A DNA stretch of 32,000 bases. It comes from Polynucleobacter necessarius. Its GTDB lineage: Bacteria; Pseudomonadota; Gammaproteobacteria; Burkholderiales; Burkholderiaceae. Position numbers and translations under genes: made by a program. Location of the stretch: contig NZ_LT606950.1 in NCBI RefSeq assembly GCF_900095195.1, forward strand, positions 1,518,369 to 1,550,368, given 5' to 3'. Within the stretch, counting starts at the first letter, position 1. Each line of letters begins with the position of its first letter. The notes beneath the pieces are model-generated. The model searched no databases. It was not told the DNA's origin and saw nothing but the letters and a program-made list of their open reading frames with translations. Shown piece by piece: positions 8,426 through 19,318 of the stretch.

Positions 8426-8503
8426 AAAAATCGAAACTTGTTAAAATCAGAAAATTGTTCGCTTAAAAATCGAAACTTGTCAAAATCAGAAAATTCTTCG
8501 CTT
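8426..8503. repeat. Direct tandem duplication, 2 x 39 bp (37/39 identical), A-tract rich
   Basis: 8426-8464 is AAAAATCGAAACTTGTTAAAATCAGAAAATTGTTCGCTT. 8465-8503 is the same with T>C and G>C. A third AAAAATCG occurs at 8512-8519. Confidence 0.9.
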
Positions 8504-8530
8504 TTTTTAAGAAAAATCGTGCAATAGGTG

Positions 8531-8559
8531 TTGACAACCATATGCGGGTATGTGATCAT
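8531..8559 (+). promoter_or_regulatory. Putative rrn promoter (TTGACA, 17-nt spacer, GATCAT with upstream TGn; A/T-rich UP-like region 8504-8526)
   Basis: Perfect -35 at 8531-8536. TGTGATCAT at 8551-8559. It lies about 200 nt upstream of 16S. The -10 is only a 4/6 match. Confidence 0.45.
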
Positions 8560-8570
8560 CTCCTTCATTC

Positions 8571-8609
8571 GCTGAATATTTTTGAAAACGATTCAGCCCT
8601 CTTTAAAAA
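8571..8609 (+). promoter_or_regulatory. rrn leader antitermination elements: boxB-like hairpin plus boxA-like CCTCTTTAAAAA
   Basis: GCTGAAT (8571-8577) pairs with ATTCAGC (8591-8597). It is followed immediately by CCTCTTTAAAAA (8598-8609), a 10/12 match to E. coli boxA GCTCTTTAACAA. Confidence 0.55.
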
Positions 8610-8614
8610 TTCGT

Positions 8615-8635
8615 CAATCGATAATTGTGGGTACT
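8615..8635 (+). other. 16S processing-stem 5' strand (pairs with 10317-10337)
   Basis: CAATCGATAATTGTGGGTACT is complementary to AGTACCCACGCTTATCGGTTG: 18 Watson-Crick pairs, 2 G-U pairs and 1 mismatch over 21 nt. Confidence 0.6.
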
Positions 8636-8756
8636 AAGTAAAAGCATCCAGTCCTTCGGGACAGATGTAAATAAATAGTACTCATAGACAGTAAAGATTT
8701 GGTTTTTTACCAAGTCGATTTCTTGAATGAGTGCGACGTCCGCAAGGATCACAGGA

Positions 8757-10295
<1,539 letters not shown>

Positions 10296-10316
10296 GAGAC
10301 AGGATGCTGGAGCTAT

Positions 10317-10337
10317 AGTACCCACGCTTATCGGTTG
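10317..10337 (+). other. 16S processing-stem 3' strand (pairs with 8615-8635)
   Basis: See the 5' strand entry. Confidence 0.6.
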
Positions 10338-10351
10338 ACAATAAAAGCCAT

Positions 10352-10428
10352 GGGTCTGTAGCTCAGCTGGTTAGAGCACTGTGTTGATAACGCAGGGGTC
10401 GTAGGTTCAAGTCCTACCAGACCCACCA
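10352..10428 (+). tRNA. tRNA-Ile (anticodon GAT)
   Basis: 77-nt cloverleaf GGGTCTG..CTGTG-TTGATAA-CGCAG..GTAGG-TTCAAGT-CCTAC-CAGACCC-ACCA, in the 16S-23S spacer. Confidence 0.95.
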
Positions 10429-10458
10429 ATCAGTAGCGATATGGTCTTAGTGGGCGTT

Positions 10459-10534
10459 GGGGGATTAGCTCAGCTGGGAGAGCACCTGCTTTGCAAGCAG
10501 GGGGTCGTCGGTTCGATCCCGTCATCCTCCACCA
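10459..10534 (+). tRNA. tRNA-Ala (anticodon TGC)
   Basis: 76 nt. Acceptor GGGGGAT/ATCCTCC with the G3-U70 identity pair. Anticodon arm CCTGC-TTTGCAA-GCAGG. The T stem has one U-U mismatch (see findings). Confidence 0.92.
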
Positions 10535-10591
10535 ACTCTCAAATGTCAAAACTAAGCGATTAGTTAATTGTCTAGTTTTGCCATTTATGGC

Positions 10592-10604
10592 TGTTCTTTA
10601 AAAA
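10592..10604 (+). promoter_or_regulatory. Spacer boxA-like element TGTTCTTTAAAAA
   Basis: Resembles boxA TGCTCTTTAACAA and sits in the expected place between tRNA-Ala and 23S. Confidence 0.5.
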
Positions 10605-10616
10605 TTTGAGTAAGCA
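10605..10616 (+). other. 23S processing-stem 5' strand (pairs with 13733-13744)
   Basis: TTTGAGTAAGCA is the exact reverse complement of TGCTTACTCAAA downstream of 23S. A second pairing block joins GTAATAAGG in the 5' flank (about 10650-10665) to CCTTATTAC at 13723-13731. Confidence 0.6.
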
Positions 10617-10801
10617 AAGGTTAAACACATCTTTGAGAGTGTGTTTATCAAAGTAATAAGGGTAAAGATTGAATCATCAATCAAGTAATATCAAACGAGT
10701 TTTACAAAGTTCTTAACAAGTACTTACAGTTTGGATTACGGCAAACATGTCAGAAGTAGAAGTAAAACCTGTAACAGGTACTAGCAATGGTGCTCGTTAT
10801 A

Positions 10802-13677
<2,876 letters not shown>

Positions 13678-13732
13678 TAACCAGCACTATTGTAGTGGAT
13701 GTTTGCCAGATTTAATCTGCATCCTTATTACA

Positions 13733-13744
13733 TGCTTACTCAAA
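13733..13744 (+). other. 23S processing-stem 3' strand
   Basis: See 10605-10616. Confidence 0.6.
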
Positions 13745-13779
13745 TAGAGTTGTTGAAACATCAGCAACTCAACCCTCTA

Positions 13780-13896
13780 CGCCCGGTGACCATAGCGAGT
13801 TGGAACCACTCCTTCCCATCCCGAACAGGACAGTGAAACGATTCTACGCCGATGATAGTGCGGAATACCCGTGTGAAAGTAGGTAACTGCCGGGCA
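13780..13896 (+). rRNA. rrf: 5S ribosomal RNA
   Basis: GCCCGGTGACCATAGCGAG..CCCATCCCGAACAGG..GATGATAGTG..GAAAGTAGGTAACTGCCGGGC. Helix I is GCCCGGU/GCCGGGC. Confidence 0.93.
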
Positions 13897-13905
13897 CCAA
13901 TGCGA

Positions 13906-13936
13906 CGCCCAGACCTTTTAGGTCTGGGCGTTTTTT
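13906..13936 (+). terminator. Rho-independent terminator of the rrn operon
   Basis: Perfect 10-bp stem CGCCCAGACC/GGTCTGGGCG, loop TTTTA, followed by T6 (13931-13936). Confidence 0.85.
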
Positions 13937-13959
13937 ACTCGTGCAAAGCGTTTGAGAGA

Positions 13960-13988
13960 TTGACAGAAACTCCATTTGGAGTCAGAAT
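13960..13988 (+). promoter_or_regulatory. Putative promoter of the tRNA-Tyr/Gly/Thr-tuf unit (TTGACA, 17-nt spacer, CAGAAT, GC-rich discriminator)
   Basis: TTGACA at 13960-13965 and CAGAAT at 13983-13988. GCTCGCG lies just before the tRNA 5' end at 14000. Confidence 0.5.
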
Positions 13989-13999
13989 GTTAGGCTCGC

Positions 14000-14084
14000 G
14001 GAGGGGTGTCCGAGCGGCTAAAGGAGGCAGACTGTAAATCTGTTGGCTACGCCTACGTAGGTTCGAATCCTACCCCCTCCACCA
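14000..14084 (+). tRNA. tRNA-Tyr (anticodon GTA), long variable arm
   Basis: 85 nt. Acceptor GGAGGGG/CCCCTCC, anticodon loop CTGTAAA, T arm GTAGG-TTCGAAT-CCTAC, encoded CCA. Confidence 0.93.
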
Positions 14085-14089
14085 GATGT

Positions 14090-14163
14090 GCGGGATTAGT
14101 TTAATGGTAAAACAGCAGATTTCCAATCTTCGGTCAAGAGTTCGATTCTCTTATCCCGCTCCA
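14090..14163 (+). tRNA. tRNA-Gly (anticodon TCC)
   Basis: 74 nt. Acceptor GCGGGAT/ATCCCGC, anticodon loop TTTCCAA, T arm AAGAG-TTCGATT-CTCTT. There is one C-U mismatch in the anticodon stem. Confidence 0.9.
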
Positions 14164-14184
14164 GTATTAGTAGCAAATAGATAG

Positions 14185-14259
<75 letters not shown>

Positions 14260-14301
14260 GGCTTAGTTTTATTAATTTGGGTATTTTGTAAGAGTTAACT
14301 A

Positions 14302-15262
14302 AAGGCAGACAAAAATGGCAAAAGAAAAGTTCGAGCGGACAAAACCGCACGTAAACGTAGGCACCATCGGTCACGTTGACCACGGTAAAACGACTTTGAC
14401 AGCAGCAATCGCAACCGTGCTCTCAAAGGCATTCGGCGGCGAAGCAAAAGCATACGATCAGATTGATGCGGCTCCAGAAGAAAAAGCCCGTGGTATTACG
14501 ATTAATACAGCACACGTTGAGTACGAGACAGCGAACCGTCACTATGCTCACGTTGACTGCCCAGGACACGCTGACTATGTGAAGAACATGATTACCGGTG
14601 CTGCGCAGATGGACGGCGCGATCTTAGTTTGCTCTGCTGCAGACGGCCCAATGCCACAAACTCGTGAGCACATCCTCTTGGCACGTCAGGTTGGCGTTCC
14701 TTACATCGTGGTGTTCCTCAACAAGTGCGACATGGTTGACGATGCTGAACTCTTAGAGCTCGTTGAAATGGAAGTGCGTGAACTCCTGTCTAAGTATGAC
14801 TTCCCAGGCGATGACACACCGATCATCCAAGGTTCTGCGAAGTTGGCTCTAGAAGGCGACGAAGGCAAATTGGGTAAAGAAGCCATCATGAAATTGGCTG
14901 AAGCATTAGACACTTACATCCCAACTCCAGAGCGTGCTGTTGACGGTGCGTTCTTGATGCCAGTAGAAGACGTGTTCTCGATCTCCGGTCGCGGTACGGT
15001 AGTAACCGGTCGTATTGAGCGCGGCATCATCAAGGTAGGTGAAGAGATTGAAATCGTTGGTATCAAGCCAACCCTCAAGACCACTTGTACTGGTGTTGAA
15101 ATGTTCCGCAAATTGCTCGACCAAGGTCAAGCAGGCGATAACGTCGGTATCTTGTTGCGCGGTACAAAACGTGAAGAAGTTGAGCGTGGCCAAGTATTGG
15201 CTAAGCCTGGTTCTATCACTCCACACGCCCACTTTACCGCTGAGGTTTACATCTTGGGTAAA
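14302..15262 (+). repeat. Exact duplicate of 31040-32000 (tuf 5' UTR 13 nt plus the first 948 nt of CDS)
   Basis: Base-by-base reading shows no differences. The antisense ORF-track peptides 14701-14913 vs 31439-31651, and 14914-15111 vs 31652-31849, are identical. Confidence 0.9.
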
Positions 15263-15505
15263 GATGAAGGTGGTCGTCACACTCCATTCTTTAACAACTA
15301 TCGTCCACAGTTCTACTTCCGTACCACGGACGTAACGGGCTCGATTGAGTTGCCAAAAGACAAAGAGATGGTGATGCCTGGCGATAACGTCACGATTACC
15401 GTCAAACTCATCGCGCCAATCGCGATGGAAGAAGGCTTGCGTTTTGCGATCCGTGAAGGTGGCCGTACTGTTGGCGCTGGCGTGGTTGCCAAGATTTTGG
15501 CTTAA
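14315..15505 (+). CDS. tuf: Elongation factor Tu (copy 1)
   Basis: 396 aa. [14 protein letters not shown] and NKCD GTPase motifs. Classic tRNA-Tyr-Gly-Thr-tuf context. Confidence 0.98.
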   Translation: MAKEKFERTKPHVNVGTIGHVDHGKTTLTAAIATVLSKAFGGEAKAYDQIDAAPEEKARGITINTAHVEYETANRHYAHVDCPGHADYVKNMITGAAQMDGAILVCSAADGPMPQTREHILLARQVGVPYIVVFLNKCDMVDDAELLELVEMEVRELLSKYDFPGDDTPIIQGSAKLALEGDEGKLGKEAIMKLAEALDTYIPTPERAVDGAFLMPVEDVFSISGRGTVVTGRIERGIIKVGEEIEIVGIKPTLKTTCTGVEMFRKLLDQGQAGDNVGILLRGTKREEVERGQVLAKPGSITPHAHFTAEVYILGKDEGGRHTPFFNNYRPQFYFRTTDVTGSIELPKDKEMVMPGDNVTITVKLIAPIAMEEGLRFAIREGGRTVGAGVVAKILA

Positions 15506-15522
15506 GAAGTATTTAGAAATAA

Positions 15523-15598
15523 AGGGGTGTAGCTCAATTGGCAGAGCGTTGGTCTCCAAAACCAAAGGTTGGGGGTTCGATGCCCTCCGCCCCTGCCA
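15523..15598 (+). tRNA. tRNA-Trp (anticodon CCA)
   Basis: 76 nt. Acceptor AGGGGTG/CGCCCCT, anticodon loop CTCCAAA. Sits in the conserved position before secE. Confidence 0.93.
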
Positions 15599-15618
15599 TG
15601 ATTTGAACTGAAAGCAAT

Positions 15619-15996
15619 ATGTCTCAACAAACTGCAAGTCAATCTGAAGAAAAAAGCAGCTGGGTCTCGGGCCTCGCTGCTTTAATCGTCGTTGCTGCGT
15701 TGGTGCTCTACTACACGCTCATCGACCAATCTTTGTTAGTGCGCTTGGCAGTATTGTTTGGCGGTATTGGAGCAGCAGTTTTAATTGTGGCGACTTCTCC
15801 AGATGGGCGTCGTTTTATCGCCTACGCAAAAGATTCTTGGTATGAAGTAAAAAAGGTTGTTTGGCCGACTCGAAAAGAGACGACTCAAATGACTCTAGTC
15901 GTATTTGGCTTTGTTCTGATCATGTCCTTGCTTTTGTGGATTGCAGACAAATTGATTGAATGGCTAGTTTTTTCAGTCTTTTTAGGCTGGAAGTGA
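15619..15996 (+). CDS. secE: Preprotein translocase subunit SecE
   Basis: 125 aa, 3 TM segments, conserved [20 protein letters not shown] motif, located upstream of nusG. Confidence 0.9.
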   Translation: MSQQTASQSEEKSSWVSGLAALIVVAALVLYYTLIDQSLLVRLAVLFGGIGAAVLIVATSPDGRRFIAYAKDSWYEVKKVVWPTRKETTQMTLVVFGFVLIMSLLLWIADKLIEWLVFSVFLGWK

Positions 15997-16003
15997 GCAA
16001 ATA

Positions 16004-16576
16004 ATGATTGATTCTGAAGTAGTGGCAAACCCACAAGCTACCGGCACTATGCGCTGGTATGTTATCCATGCCTATTCTGGCATGGAAAAAAGCGTGAAAA
16101 AAGGGCTTGAGGAGCGCATTGCTCGCTCTGGCATGCCTGAAAAATTCGGCCGTATTCTGGTTCCCTCTGAAGAAGTTGTCGAGATCAAATCTGGAGCAAA
16201 ATCAGTTACTGAACGTCGTTTCTTCCCGGGATATGTCCTTATCGAGATGGAAATGACCGACGAAAGCTGGCATTTGGTGAAAAATACGCCAAAAGTGACT
16301 GGTTTTGTAGGCGGTGTTCGTAACCGCCCAAGCCCGATTTCGACAGCAGAAGTGACCAAAATCATGGATCAAATGCAGGCTGGCGTCGATAAACCCAAGC
16401 CTAAGACCTTATTTGAGGTTGGTGAAATGGTTCGCGTGAAAGAAGGCCCGTTTACCGATTTCAACGGAAACGTTGAAGAAGTCAACTATGAGAAGTCCAG
16501 ATTGCGCGTTTCTGTTACAATCTTCGGTCGCGGAACACCGGTCGAGCTGGAGTTCGGCCAAGTAGAAAAGATGTAA
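16004..16576 (+). CDS. nusG: Transcription termination/antitermination factor NusG
   Basis: [18 protein letters not shown] domain and C-terminal KOW ([16 protein letters not shown]). Confidence 0.95.
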   Translation: MIDSEVVANPQATGTMRWYVIHAYSGMEKSVKKGLEERIARSGMPEKFGRILVPSEEVVEIKSGAKSVTERRFFPGYVLIEMEMTDESWHLVKNTPKVTGFVGGVRNRPSPISTAEVTKIMDQMQAGVDKPKPKTLFEVGEMVRVKEGPFTDFNGNVEEVNYEKSRLRVSVTIFGRGTPVELEFGQVEKM

Positions 16577-16752
16577 AAACAAGGACTTAGTCCGGTTTTG
16601 CAGTGCAGTAGTTTGAAGTACAGAAGTGCTAAGTTGGTTATTGAGTTTTGGTAATTAACCGAGGAGCGGATCTAGTAAGCAAAAAACTAATGAAGCGTTT
16701 ACTCAACGGCGGTCTTTCTGAATAAAGTAAGGCGCGCTTTAAGGAGCAACAC

Positions 16753-17184
16753 ATGGCAAAGAAGATTATTGGCTTTATTAAGCTGCAGATTCCTGCAGGT
16801 AAAGCAAATCCATCACCACCCGTAGGTCCAGCTTTGGGTCAGCGCGGTCTTAACATCATGGAATTCTGTAAGGCGTTTAATGCTCAAACTCAGAGCATGG
16901 AACCTGGCCTGCCAATTCCAGTCGTGATTACAGCGTTTGCTGATAAGAGCTTCACTTTCATCATGAAGACTCCTCCAGCAACCATCATGATCAAGAAAGC
17001 TGCGAAGTTGGAAAAAGGATCACCGCGTCCTCACACCGACAAGGTAGGAAAAATTACACGCGCCCAGGCGGAAGAGATCGCTAAGGCAAAAATGCCAGAT
17101 TTGACAGCAGCCGATTTAGACGCAGCTGTTAGAACCATTGCTGGTGGCGCTCGTTCCATGGGCATCACTGTGGAAGGACTCTAA
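16753..17184 (+). CDS. rplK: 50S ribosomal protein L11
   Basis: 143 aa, [31 protein letters not shown] lies 6 nt upstream. Confidence 0.97.
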   Translation: MAKKIIGFIKLQIPAGKANPSPPVGPALGQRGLNIMEFCKAFNAQTQSMEPGLPIPVVITAFADKSFTFIMKTPPATIMIKKAAKLEKGSPRPHTDKVGKITRAQAEEIAKAKMPDLTAADLDAAVRTIAGGARSMGITVEGL

Positions 17185-17186
17185 TC

Positions 17187-17888
17187 ATGACTAAATTATC
17201 GAAACGCGTTAAAGCGATTCAATCAAAAGTTGATCGCAATAAGTTTTATCCATTAGAAGATGCGTTGAACCTTGCCAAAGAGTGTGCAACTGCAAAGTTC
17301 GATGAGTCTATCGACGTTGCTGTTCAATTGGGTATTGATGCCAAGAAATCAGACCAAGTTGTGCGCGGCGCAGTAGTGCTCCCAGCCGGTACTGGTAAGC
17401 ACGTTCGCGTTGCCGTTTTTGCGCAGGGCGAAAAAGCTGAGCAAGCGAAAGCTGCTGGTGCGGAAATCGTTGGCATGGAAGATCTTGCGGAACAAATCAA
17501 AGGCGGAAAAATTGACTTTGACGTTTTGATCGCATCCCCAGACACTATGAAAATTGTTGGAACTTTAGGTCAAGTGCTAGGCCCACGTGGCTTGATGCCA
17601 AATCCAAAGGTGGGCACTGTGACTCCTGATGTAGCCACTGCGGTTAAGAATGCAAAAGCTGGTCAAGTTCAGTTCCGTGTAGGCAAGGCCGGTATCGTTC
17701 ATGCAAGCATTGGCCGTCGTTCATTCGAGCCAGCTGCATTGAAATCGAATTTGCTCGCATTGCTTGAGGCTTTGAATAAAGCAAAACCTCCTGCATCCAA
17801 GGGCGTGTATTTAAAGAAAGTTGCCGTAAGCAGCACCATGGGTGCAGGCGTACGTGTAGACCAAGCATCGTTACAGGTAGCTGCGTAA
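17187..17888 (+). CDS. rplA: 50S ribosomal protein L1
   Basis: 233 aa. Typical L1 sequence ([24 protein letters not shown]). Confidence 0.97.
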   Translation: MTKLSKRVKAIQSKVDRNKFYPLEDALNLAKECATAKFDESIDVAVQLGIDAKKSDQVVRGAVVLPAGTGKHVRVAVFAQGEKAEQAKAAGAEIVGMEDLAEQIKGGKIDFDVLIASPDTMKIVGTLGQVLGPRGLMPNPKVGTVTPDVATAVKNAKAGQVQFRVGKAGIVHASIGRRSFEPAALKSNLLALLEALNKAKPPASKGVYLKKVAVSSTMGAGVRVDQASLQVAA

Positions 17889-18122
17889 TTAGCCTGTAAC
17901 AAAAAAACTTTGGGTCGACTTTTGCCTTAAAACAAAAGTCGAACATCAAAGACCGTTGGTGAATTCGTTGCTAGTAAAGAGCAAATTCTTAATTGTTACG
18001 AAAGTGACGACCAGCGCAGATGGCGACCCTGAAAAGATTTTCACAAGAACCTTTGTGAACAAATGATCAGACGCTGGTGTGTAACCCCAGCTGGAAACAG
18101 TTGGTTTTTATGGAGTTAAACC
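17889..18122 (+). promoter_or_regulatory. Long structured rplJ 5' leader (expected site of L10-L12 autoregulation)
   Basis: 234-nt non-coding gap with several hairpins. These include a perfect 10-bp stem TCGACTTTTG/CAAAAGTCGA (17915-17942), TTCACAA/TTGTGAA, and CCAGCG..CGCTGG. The function is assigned by position only. Confidence 0.4.
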
Positions 18123-18677
18123 GTGCCTTTGAATGTACAAGACAAAAAAGCGATTGTTGCTGATGTCGGCGCTCAATTGGCTGGAGCCCAAACTGTCGTT
18201 CTCGCTGAATACCGTGGTATTCCAGTTGGGCAACTGACAAAGCTACGTGCTAGCGCGCGTGACCAAGGCGTGTATCTTCGCGTTTTGAAGAACACATTGG
18301 CACGTCGTGCAACACAAGGCACTCAGTTTGAGCCTCTTGCTGATTCGATGGTTGGCCCCTTGATCTACGGCATTTCTGCTGATCCGATTGCTTCAGCAAA
18401 AGTATTGCAGAACTTTGCTAAGACTCAAAATTTGCTAGTCATTAAAGCTGGCTTATATAACGGCAAATTGTTAGACGTTGCAGGCGTAAAAGCTTTGGCA
18501 ACAATTCCAAGCCGCGAAGAGTTGTTATCGAAACTATTGGGTGTTATGCAAGCCCCAGTTTCTGCAATGGCTCGCGTATTGGGCGCAGTAGCAGCACAAA
18601 AAGCAGCCGGAGCACCTGCTCCTGCAGCCGCACCAGAAGCTGGAACAGAAGCAAACGAAACCCCTGCCGCTGAATAA
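18123..18677 (+). CDS. rplJ: 50S ribosomal protein L10 (GTG start)
   Basis: [15 protein letters not shown].. L10 sequence. GGAG SD lies 7 nt upstream of the GTG. The C-terminus has an Ala/Pro/Glu-rich tail. Confidence 0.93.
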   Translation: MPLNVQDKKAIVADVGAQLAGAQTVVLAEYRGIPVGQLTKLRASARDQGVYLRVLKNTLARRATQGTQFEPLADSMVGPLIYGISADPIASAKVLQNFAKTQNLLVIKAGLYNGKLLDVAGVKALATIPSREELLSKLLGVMQAPVSAMARVLGAVAAQKAAGAPAPAAAPEAGTEANETPAAE

Positions 18678-18713
18678 GCGGCAGATTAACTATTTAAGTA
18701 TTAGGAGCTAAAA

Positions 18714-19091
18714 ATGGCGGTTACTAAAGAAGAAATCATTGAAGCAGTAGGTAGCATGCCCGTTATGGATTTGAACGACTTGGTAAAAGCGTTCGAAGAA
18801 AAGTTTGGCGTTTCAGCTGCAGCGATGGCTGTTGCTGGTCCTACTGGTGGCGGTGATGCTGCTGGTGGTGGCGCAGAACAAACCGAGTTCACTGTAAACC
18901 TCGTTGAAGCTGGCGCAAATAAAGTTTCAGTAATTAAAGCGGTTCGTGAAATTACTGGCCTTGGTTTGAAAGAAGCGAAAGATTTGGTTGACGGTGCACC
19001 GAAGCCAATCAAAGAAGGCGTTGACAAGAAAACTGCTGAAGAAGCTAAGAAGAAACTCGAAGAAGCTGGCGCTAAAGCAGAACTCAAGTAA
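18714..19091 (+). CDS. rplL: 50S ribosomal protein L7/L12
   Basis: 125 aa, flexible Ala/Gly hinge, C-terminal domain [27 protein letters not shown]. Confidence 0.97.
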   Translation: MAVTKEEIIEAVGSMPVMDLNDLVKAFEEKFGVSAAAMAVAGPTGGGDAAGGGAEQTEFTVNLVEAGANKVSVIKAVREITGLGLKEAKDLVDGAPKPIKEGVDKKTAEEAKKKLEEAGAKAELK

Positions 19092-19136
19092 TACAAACTC
19101 AGCTGGCGCTTCTCACAAAGGGGCGTTAGCCATGTT

Positions 19137-19190
19137 GGGTTTGACCTTTAGAGGTCAAACCCGATTTCAATCAGAAATGAAATCGGGTTT
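19137..19190 (+). terminator. rplL-rpoB intergenic attenuator-like double hairpin
   Basis: Hairpin 1 is an 11-bp stem, 19137-19147 with 19152-19162, loop TTAG. Hairpin 2 is a 13-bp stem, 19157-19169 with 19178-19190. The two share AAACCC (19157-19162). The downstream sequence TTTGCCTTCT is only weakly U-rich. Confidence 0.5.
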
Positions 19191-19318
19191 GCCTTCTGAT
19201 ACGACTGCAGAATGCAAGTTTGGTCGGACACTAGATCGAAACGGTTTAGTGTTGTCCGCCAGTGATTGGTAGTGGCCAATCGCCAAATCTTTGTACAGTC
19301 GCTGAATTCGGAGATGAA

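Noticed and set aside
8426-8503. Possible mini CRISPR array
   Set aside because: There are only two directly abutting units with no spacers, no cas genes nearby, and an A-tract composition unlike CRISPR repeats.
8329-8568. 79-aa minus-strand ORF containing a repeated 13-aa peptide (SEEFSDFDKFRFL / SEQFSDFNKFRFL)
   Set aside because: The repeat is the 39-bp (13-codon) tandem duplication read in frame. The ORF covers the rrn promoter and UP region in AT-rich DNA. Both differences between units are non-synonymous, and there is no SD. I treat it as non-coding, although in-frame preservation is noted.
10335-10340. Perfect TTGACA in the 16S-tRNA-Ile spacer as an internal promoter
   Set aside because: The hexamer 17 nt downstream is GTAGCT, which is the tRNA body. 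The TTGACA overlaps the end of the 16S processing-stem 3' strand.
14906-15637. 243-aa minus-strand ORF
   Set aside because: It is antisense to the tuf 3' half and runs across tRNA-Trp into secE. This is a shadow ORF of a strongly codon-biased gene. The same applies to 31644-31970 in tuf copy 2.
16577-16752. rplK promoter or L1-binding leader in the nusG-rplK spacer
   Set aside because: I found only weak -35/-10 candidates (TTGAAG..GGTTAT) and could not recognise an L1-stalk mimic with confidence. I left it unannotated.
18701-19096. 131-aa minus-strand ORF rich in Ala and Ser
   Set aside because: It is the exact antisense of rplL. It reflects the low-complexity Ala/Gly/Lys/Glu codon composition.
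19262-19318. N-terminal extensions of ORF-track models: rpoB from 19262, rpoC from 23394, rsmI to 6051, the MBL gene from 2097
   Set aside because: The conserved N-termini ([53 protein letters not shown]) begin at internal ATGs with better SD context. The extensions overlap neighbouring genes or intergenic DNA.
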